Shown here piece by piece: positions 57,919 to 64,000 of a DNA stretch of 64,000 nt. The translations under genes were made by a program, and so were the position numbers. Source of the DNA: Candidatus Gastranaerophilales bacterium (GTDB lineage Bacteria; Cyanobacteriota; Vampirovibrionia; Gastranaerophilales; Gastranaerophilaceae); NCBI GenBank assembly GCA_944325185.1, contig CALUZA010000059.1:6140-70139 (forward strand), given 5' to 3'. The notes beneath the pieces are model-generated. The model saw nothing but the letters and a program-made list of their open reading frames with translations. It did no database searches and was not told the origin of the DNA. The first letter of the stretch is position 1. Each line of letters opens with the position of its first letter.

Positions 57919-59267
57919 GCGCTTTTTGCTTTCTTTTTTAAGATAATAATAAATTTATCGATTAACTCGGAAAGCATTAAAGAAACACGTCTATAGTCTA
58001 AAATTGTGAAATCTATTGTCTCGGTTTCAAAAAGACGTTTTTGATCGTTATCCATAATTGTTAAACGAACAAGTGCGTGCTCAATTCCATCATATTCAAT
58101 TGCCATTGAAGCACAAACCTCGCCTGATGAAACACTAAACAATGATTTAACTCCAGTATATGAATTAATTGCAAAATCTTGTCTTTTAATTCTTAAAATA
58201 TTTTCATATTTTTTAAACACCGGAGTAATCACTACTTTTAGTTTTCTTTGATATGCCTGATTGAAAAGCTTTATACTATTCTTATCAAATGCCGATTTAA
58301 CCTCATTATTAACAGGATTTTCTATAGGTTCATTTTCCGCTAATAAATTATTTGAATTTAAAAGCTCACGTTTTGCTTCAAAATTCATCGTAGGTTTACT
58401 TTCACCGGCGTAAAAATCAGAGGCAACTATTAAAGAATTTGTATTTTCGGAAGCTTTTTCAAGAGCAGCTTCAAGCGCTTCTTTAATATCATCAAATTTT
58501 TGCTCCAAAACTTCAACAACTCCGGCATTAGCTCCGGAATCTATTCCAAGATTATTGTTTATTCTCTCGAAAACACTATAAGCACCATTTAATTTTGTTT
58601 TATGCAAATAAACATAAAACTTATCAACATCCTTTATAATAACTGAATCATTTAAACGAATTGATTTTTTAATTATTTCAATAAAATCTTTAGGGTTTTT
58701 ATATTCCGGATATTTTTTATCCGGCGCAACAAGTAAAATACAAGCTCTTTGTTGATATTTTCTGGTTTGAGAAATTTCATTTTTCAAAAAATCATCGCAA
58801 TACTTTTGCGTATATACACCTGTATCAGGCTGAACAACCCCAAGAGCAGTCAAAAATTCCATTCTGGATTCAATATTTAAATTAAGCTCATTTTTCTGCA
58901 AACACCAAATCACACGTATTAAAAGCTCATAATCAATAATTGGCATAAACAAAACATCGCTTATTCCACTGTCGAATGCTTCGATTATTGTCTCTCTTGA
59001 GCAATTTTCATTAATCAAAAGTATGGGTAAATTCTTGTACAACTCTTGTTTTTTAATTTTTTTAATAAGATTTACTGCTTGGATATTATTATTATCACAA
59101 TGCAAAATTACAACATTCGGACTAAATCCATCAAACATGTTCTGAGCTTCTTCAATTGAACAGGACTTAATTTTATCAAGATTTCTCAACAAAACCAATT
59201 TTTGAGAAATCTGAGCGACAAGCTCCTGTCTGTCACTTACAACCACAACTGTATTAGCATCAGCCAT
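57915..59267 (-). CDS. atypical receiver (pseudo-receiver) domain protein with an uncharacterised C-terminal region
   Basis: The N-terminal 120 aa follow the CheY fold pattern (VVVVSD...VVILHCD...ILLINE...VLFMP). The conserved Thr/Ser and Lys positions are replaced by N and M. The remainder is unassigned. Confidence 0.6.
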   Translation of the reverse strand: MADANTVVVVSDRQELVAQISQKLVLLRNLDKIKSCSIEEAQNMFDGFSPNVVILHCDNNNIQAVNLIKKIKKQELYKNLPILLINENCSRETIIEAFDSGISDVLFMPIIDYELLIRVIWCLQKNELNLNIESRMEFLTALGVVQPDTGVYTQKYCDDFLKNEISQTRKYQQRACILLVAPDKKYPEYKNPKDFIEIIKKSIRLNDSVIIKDVDKFYVYLHKTKLNGAYSVFERINNNLGIDSGANAGVVEVLEQKFDDIKEALEAALEKASENTNSLIVASDFYAGESKPTMNFEAKRELLNSNNLLAENEPIENPVNNEVKSAFDKNSIKLFNQAYQRKLKVVITPVFKKYENILRIKRQDFAINSYTGVKSLFSVSSGEVCASMAIEYDGIEHALVRLTIMDNDQKRLFETETIDFTILDYRRVSLMLSELIDKFIIILKKKAKSA

Positions 59268-59366
59268 TGATAAACATTACTCCAATATAATTCTACTTAA
59301 TTACTACAATACTACAAAAACAACTTTTTTGTAAAAAATTTTACAAATGACAATATAAATTAATTC

Positions 59367-59382
59367 TGCTAAAATTAATTTT
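59367..59382 (+). promoter_or_regulatory. extended -10 promoter placed for a leaderless transcript
   Basis: TGCTAAAAT (59367-59375) ends 7 nt before ATG 59383. There is no SD. Confidence 0.35.
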
Positions 59383-60783
59383 ATGAAAGATTTTTTAAAA
59401 GATAATAAAGTAATTTTAACAATAATATTACTTATAGGATTAGGATTAAGATTGTGGAATTTAAACAAGCCCGAAGGGCTGTGGAATGATGAATATATTG
59501 CTTATTCAATTTCTATGTTAAAATTTCCATTTGATTTCTTTGAGGGAATAAAAACAAACTGCCACGCGCCATTACATTATTTTTACTTAAAATTATGGAT
59601 GGCAATTTTCAAAAATTCCGATTATATGCTGCGTTTATCTTCTCTTGTGCCAAATTTACTTGGTTGTTTAGTGATGTATTTTGTTGGCAAAAACTACCAA
59701 ACAAAAGGATCTTCAATTCAAATCGGCCTTGCTTGTGCACTTATAAGCGCGATTAGTTCTTTTTTAATATATTTTTCGCAAGAAGTAAGAATTTATTCAA
59801 TGATTTTCTTGCTTTCATCTTTAATTCTTTTATTTTCAATAAAAATGCATTATGCTCCAAGCAAAAAAAATTGCTGGTGGCTGACATTTTTTTCAATACT
59901 ATTGATTTTAGAACATACAATAGGATTCGTTTTTGTATTATTTAATATTTTTGGACTTTTAGCTTTCAGACAAAGGGCAAAAAAGAAAAAAGACGCAGAC
60001 GATTTTTATATTCCGATTTTATCGGGTTTAATTTTATGTTTGCCTTTAATCCCATTTTTATTTAGAATTTTTGCTCACCCAACATATTTTTCTCAATGGT
60101 GGGCGCCATTTAGCTGGTCAAAAATATTTTTCTATTTTACGGACTTATTTTCACCCGTCCTAAAAAACATCACAAATTCACCTATGAGTTTTTATCATCA
60201 AATCATAAGAAACGATGTTATAAATGTTGGCTTTATATTATTTGCAATTATTCCTGCAGCTATTGCGCTATTTTTAATAATAAAATCAAACATAGATTCA
60301 AAAAGACTCAATAAATACTTACTCGCAGTATTTACGGCAACCTTTTTAACCGTTCTTATAGCATCAATTGCAGGAAAAATAATATTCCTAACCAAATATT
60401 TAACGGAACTTTATCCGATTTTAATCTTAATGGCAGCAATAGGCTGGATAGAAATTAATTCTAAAAATTCAAAAATTACCCTTGCAACAGTCTATGTTTT
60501 TATGAGCCTATTTTTCATAATAGTATCACATACCTCGGCAATAAGGCTCGTAAGAGAAGAAGGGCAAAGACTTCCGATTGTTGCTATGCAAGAAATGGGT
60601 ATTCAAAAAAATGACAAAATACTTTATCTCTATTACCCTAAAAGCCATTTTTCAAAATATTACAATGAAAACGACTATATAGTATCTTCAATTAATAAAT
60701 ACAATTTCCCTTACGTGCTGGAAAAAGGCGATACATATGACGCTTTTAAAAACGGTCACGAACTTTATCAAGTTTTTTTTTAG
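59383..60783 (+). CDS. ArnT/PMT-like (GT39/GT83-type) polytopic membrane glycosyltransferase, apparently truncated at a T9 tract
   Basis: LRLWNLNKPEGLWNDEY first-loop motif and about 11 TM helices. The stop TAG is formed by the last T of a 9-T homopolymer (60773-60781). Confidence 0.7.
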   Translation: MKDFLKDNKVILTIILLIGLGLRLWNLNKPEGLWNDEYIAYSISMLKFPFDFFEGIKTNCHAPLHYFYLKLWMAIFKNSDYMLRLSSLVPNLLGCLVMYFVGKNYQTKGSSIQIGLACALISAISSFLIYFSQEVRIYSMIFLLSSLILLFSIKMHYAPSKKNCWWLTFFSILLILEHTIGFVFVLFNIFGLLAFRQRAKKKKDADDFYIPILSGLILCLPLIPFLFRIFAHPTYFSQWWAPFSWSKIFFYFTDLFSPVLKNITNSPMSFYHQIIRNDVINVGFILFAIIPAAIALFLIIKSNIDSKRLNKYLLAVFTATFLTVLIASIAGKIIFLTKYLTELYPILILMAAIGWIEINSKNSKITLATVYVFMSLFFIIVSHTSAIRLVREEGQRLPIVAMQEMGIQKNDKILYLYYPKSHFSKYYNENDYIVSSINKYNFPYVLEKGDTYDAFKNGHELYQVFF

Positions 60784-60812
60784 AAAACAATAAAAAGGAA
60801 ATTGAAAAGCGC

Positions 60813-61067
60813 TTGAATGAAGTTGTTTTCAATAAAATGCACAAAGGTGAAAGATTTTTTATTGTAGATCTAACGAGCGTTAGCTTATTTGATACAAACA
60901 GTTTAAAAAACATTGCACAAAATAAAATCAGGTATAAACAAATTCCCTTTTTATACCTGATTTCAAGCTATATAAGAAATTCAACAATATCAATCGCTTC
61001 AAATCGCTTAAATTTTGTTACGAAAAAACAAGCATATTCTTGGATGATTTATGAATTCCAATACTAA
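60813..61067 (+). CDS. probable C-terminal fragment of the upstream glycosyltransferase (frame-shifted)
   Basis: Its frame is open from 60750 and would be joined to the 59383 ORF by a +1 T (T9 to T10). It has only a TTG start and no SD. Confidence 0.4.
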   Translation: MNEVVFNKMHKGERFFIVDLTSVSLFDTNSLKNIAQNKIRYKQIPFLYLISSYIRNSTISIASNRLNFVTKKQAYSWMIYEFQY

Positions 61068-61672
61068 TCTTTTGTAATTATTTTATCTATAAGACCGTAC
61101 TTTAAGGCTTCTTCAGCACTCATAAAATTATCACGTTCCGTATCTTTTTTAATTGTTTCAAGCTTTTGACCTGTATGTTCAGCTAAAAGTTCATTTAACA
61201 TGGATTTCATTCTTAAAATTTCTTTTGCTTCAATTTCAATATCTGTTGCTTGACCCTTTGCACCGCCTAAGGGTTGATGAATCATAATTCTTGAATTAGG
61301 AAGCGCTAAACGTTTTCCTTTTGTGCCGCCGGAAAGTAAAAAAGCACCCATAGAAGCAGCGTCCCCAAGACAAATTGTTGAAACATCGGCTTTTATCAAT
61401 TTCATAGTGTCGTAAATTGCCATTCCGGCCGTGATAACCCCTCCGGGAGAATTAATATATAACATAATATCTTTTTCCGGATTTTCGCTATCTAAAAGTA
61501 AAAGCTGCGCAACAATTGAATTTGCAACATCATCATCAATTTCAGAACCTAAAAATATAATTCTTTCTCTTAAAAGCCTTGAGAATATATCAAAAGACCT
61601 TTCACCACGACTGGAAGCTTCAATTACAGTCGGAACATAATCCAAAATTTTGTATTCGTTAATACCGTACAT
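61064..61672 (-). CDS. clpP: ATP-dependent Clp protease proteolytic subunit
   Basis: ERIIFLG..IDD..AN.I.AQLL.L, INSPGG, catalytic [11 protein letters not shown] (Ser), MIHQP (His). Confidence 0.95.
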   Translation of the reverse strand: MYGINEYKILDYVPTVIEASSRGERSFDIFSRLLRERIIFLGSEIDDDVANSIVAQLLLLDSENPEKDIMLYINSPGGVITAGMAIYDTMKLIKADVSTICLGDAASMGAFLLSGGTKGKRLALPNSRIMIHQPLGGAKGQATDIEIEAKEILRMKSMLNELLAEHTGQKLETIKKDTERDNFMSAEEALKYGLIDKIITKD

Positions 61673-61862
61673 ACTTTTTTCCTTTTTTTCTAATTATAAT
61701 ATAAATTTAATTTTAATTTTCATTTAATTTCAGTATTTTATTAAGCTATTTTACATTTCAATTAAACAAAAGAGGGAATTTATTTTTTTATTGTAAAATA
61801 TAATAGGATGCATTACCTGTTTTCGGGGTATCCCCCGTTTTAGTCTGTAAGAAGGAAGAAAT

Positions 61863-63239
61863 ATGTACAACGTAGCAATAATTGGCGGCGGGCCGGCAGG
61901 AATTTTCACCGCTCTTGAAATTACTAAATTAAAACCAAACTGGAAAGTTCTATTAATCGAAAAAGGCAGAAAAATAGAAAAAAGAGTATGCCCTATTAGA
62001 GAAGGGCAAAAAAAATGCCTGTCTTGCAAAACTTGCGGACTTCTTTGCGGATGGGGCGGAGCAGGAGCTTTTTCAGATGGTAAATTAACACTTACCCCTG
62101 AAGTTGGCGGACACCTTGTTGATTATATGCCATACAATGAAGTTGAAAATTTAATTGAATACTGCGATAATATATACCTTGATCATGGCGCAACCAAAAC
62201 AGTTTTTGGAACAAACAGAGCTGATTTTGCAGACATAGAACACGCTGCAACACTTGCAGAATTAAAACTGGTACATTCTCCCGTTCGCCACTTAGGAACA
62301 GAAAAATCTCTTGCTGTATTAAAATCAATGCAAGATTACCTTGAATCAAGAATAGATATAATTAATAATGAACAAGTTGAAGAATTAATCATAAAAGATA
62401 ATGTCATCAAAGGCTTTACAACTCGTGAAGGTAAAGAATATTTAGCAGAATACGTGGTTGTTGCTCCGGGCAGAGAAGGCGCAGATTGGTTAAGCAAACA
62501 ATTTATAAAACATAAGATTGAAATGGTTAATAACGCAGTAGACGTGGGGGTTCGTGTTGAGCTTCCTGCTGCCGTTATGGAGCCTATAACATCAAGATTA
62601 TACGAGTCAAAATTAATCTATCATGCTCCAACATTTGGGGATGAAGTAAGAACTTTCTGCATGAATCCGAATGGAGAAGTTGTAAACGAAAACTACAACG
62701 GAATTTCAACCGTAAACGGACACTCTTACGCAGACAAAAAAACTCCAAATACAAACTTCGCACTTCTTGTATCCAAAAAATTCACAGAACCTTTCCATGA
62801 ACCAATTAAATACGGTCAACACATAGCTTCACTTGCTAATATGTTATCAGGCGGAATTTTAGTACAAAGATTTGGCGATTTATTGGATGGCAGACGCTCA
62901 ACTCCTCAAAGAATAAAAGAGTCCATAATACAACCTACTCTAGAGTGTGCTACTCCGGGAGATTTGAGCTTAGTGCTTCCTTACAGACAACTTTTAAGTA
63001 TCATAGAGATGTTATATGCGCTTGATAAAATCGCTCCGGGTGTTGCTTCAAGATACACTTTATTATATGGTATCGAAGTTAAATTCTACTCGGCAAGAGT
63101 TCTTGTTTCAAACGAACTTGAAACTCTTGGAATTAAAAACTTATTTGCAATCGGAGATGGCGCAGGAGTTACAAGAGGCTTAATGCAAGCAAGTGCTTCA
63201 GGCGTTCACGTTGCAAGAACAATTGCTTCAAGAAATTAA
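61863..63239 (+). CDS. FAD-dependent oxidoreductase (COG2509-like uncharacterised dehydrogenase family)
   Basis: VAIIGGGPAGIF dinucleotide-binding motif, a CxxC...C cluster (CLSCKTCGLLCGWGGAG), and C-terminal GDGAG. SD GAAGGAAG. Confidence 0.75.
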   Translation: MYNVAIIGGGPAGIFTALEITKLKPNWKVLLIEKGRKIEKRVCPIREGQKKCLSCKTCGLLCGWGGAGAFSDGKLTLTPEVGGHLVDYMPYNEVENLIEYCDNIYLDHGATKTVFGTNRADFADIEHAATLAELKLVHSPVRHLGTEKSLAVLKSMQDYLESRIDIINNEQVEELIIKDNVIKGFTTREGKEYLAEYVVVAPGREGADWLSKQFIKHKIEMVNNAVDVGVRVELPAAVMEPITSRLYESKLIYHAPTFGDEVRTFCMNPNGEVVNENYNGISTVNGHSYADKKTPNTNFALLVSKKFTEPFHEPIKYGQHIASLANMLSGGILVQRFGDLLDGRRSTPQRIKESIIQPTLECATPGDLSLVLPYRQLLSIIEMLYALDKIAPGVASRYTLLYGIEVKFYSARVLVSNELETLGIKNLFAIGDGAGVTRGLMQASASGVHVARTIASRN

Positions 63240-63255
63240 AATGATAAAACAAATA

Positions 63256-63296
63256 AAAGACCTTAAAGCATTTTTTACTTTAAGGTCTTTTATTTT
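63256..63296 (+). terminator. rho-independent terminator
   Basis: 13-bp stem AAAGACCTTAAAG / CTTTAAGGTCTTT followed by a T-rich tail. Confidence 0.65.
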
Positions 63297-63434
63297 AATT
63301 AGAATTTTATAAATCTAAATTATTGCTAAAAAAAATATTTCATTGTAACATTAATTAATGGTTGCAATAATGCATAAACGCAACAATACAGCTATTTAAC
63401 AACTTAAAATATACTAAAATTTTTAACATAAATT

Positions 63435-64000
63435 ATGACAAAAAATATCATTGCTTTTTGGGGTTATCCCGAAAAAGAACTTATTAAAAAGACTAAAATC
63501 GAATATCCTAAAGCACAATGGGTTGATTTAGATATTAATATAAATGCGCCGGATTTAAAATTTTTACCCGAAAACTATTGCATTATAATAAAAAACATGT
63601 ACAATAACGCCCTATTTTTAAAAGATAAAATCATTAAAATCCTTGCCCCTATAGGAAAAGACAAGTGCGATAGCGCATATTTTGCAAGCGAAATATTAAA
63701 AGAAGCAGGTTTTGAGGTCATTCAAACAACTTTTGAACAACAATGCAAAAATCTAAATGAAATCAACATTCCAATCTCAAAAAGTTCCTTACCCTTAAAA
63801 GAAAAAATTGAATTAATTACAAAAAACATTATTGAACAAAAAGATTATTCTCATCTTAAACCGACAAAACCAAAATTTGGATTCTGGGGAGTTCCTCCAA
63901 ATGACCTTTCTATACTTGAATTATTCCCAAATGAAACAGAAGTTTTTGGCTGGTGCAGAGCTGTAGAAGCAGGTTACCCCGGCGATTTTCAAATTGAAAC
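63435..64000 (+). CDS. hypothetical protein, N-terminal part (3' end lies outside the window)
   Basis: The open frame from ATG 63435 runs to the window edge (MTKNIIAFWGYPEKELIKK...GFWGVPPNDLSILE...). It is not in the ORF track because no stop is reached. No confident family. Confidence 0.45.
   Translation, partial: MTKNIIAFWGYPEKELIKKTKIEYPKAQWVDLDININAPDLKFLPENYCIIIKNMYNNALFLKDKIIKILAPIGKDKCDSAYFASEILKEAGFEVIQTTFEQQCKNLNEINIPISKSSLPLKEKIELITKNIIEQKDYSHLKPTKPKFGFWGVPPNDLSILELFPNETEVFGWCRAVEAGYPGDFQIE

Overview
The window is very AT-rich, roughly 30% GC by eye. It is densely coded and mostly housekeeping.

**Likely lineage.** Gene content and local synteny include yggS-sepF, nusB-ftsY, LL-DAP aminotransferase dapL, glgC, flagellar fliM/fliN and comEC. 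By inference only, this fits a non-photosynthetic cyanobacteria-related gut lineage (Melainabacteria/Gastranaerophilales-like). No database search was possible.

**Clear calls.**
- Translation and tRNA genes: rsmE (partial), cca, glyS, ftsY, nusB, era.
- Chaperones, division and cell wall: grpE-dnaJ, sepF, yggS, alr, murI, an AmiC-type amidase, clpP.
- Metabolism: dCMP deaminase, dapL, folD, gcvT-gcvH-gcvPA, glgC, coaD.
- Motility and competence: fliM-fliN plus a CheY-like receiver, and comEC.
- Transport and other enzymes: two ABC permeases, a U32 peptidase, and MFS and DMT transporters.
- Four tRNA genes: Lys-CUU, Arg-CCU, Gly-UCC, Lys-UUU.
- No rRNA, CRISPR array, transposase or integrase was seen.

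**Accessory-looking segments.**
1. 2.8-9.5 kb: a four-domain CoADR-rhodanese-TusA-DsrE reductase lies divergent from an ArsR-type regulator that heads an operon of two tandem paralogous radical-SAM/SPASM-like enzymes. Next come two tRNAs, an orphan HNH-motif protein and two small SD-preceded peptide ORFs.
2. 28.2-30.9 kb: an 879-aa surface protein with about 55 TPTA tetrapeptide repeats.
3. 52.4-59.3 kb: secreted hypothetical proteins, a tRNA-Lys with a duplicated 3' half, a soluble stand-alone FlhA cytoplasmic-domain paralog, and a pseudo-receiver protein.

**Best candidate for an undescribed system.** It is the ArsR / twin radical-SAM operon coupled to the persulfide-handling reductase. Its function cannot be assigned from sequence alone.

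All product calls rest on motifs I could read in the translations. No HMM, BLAST or structure search was run.
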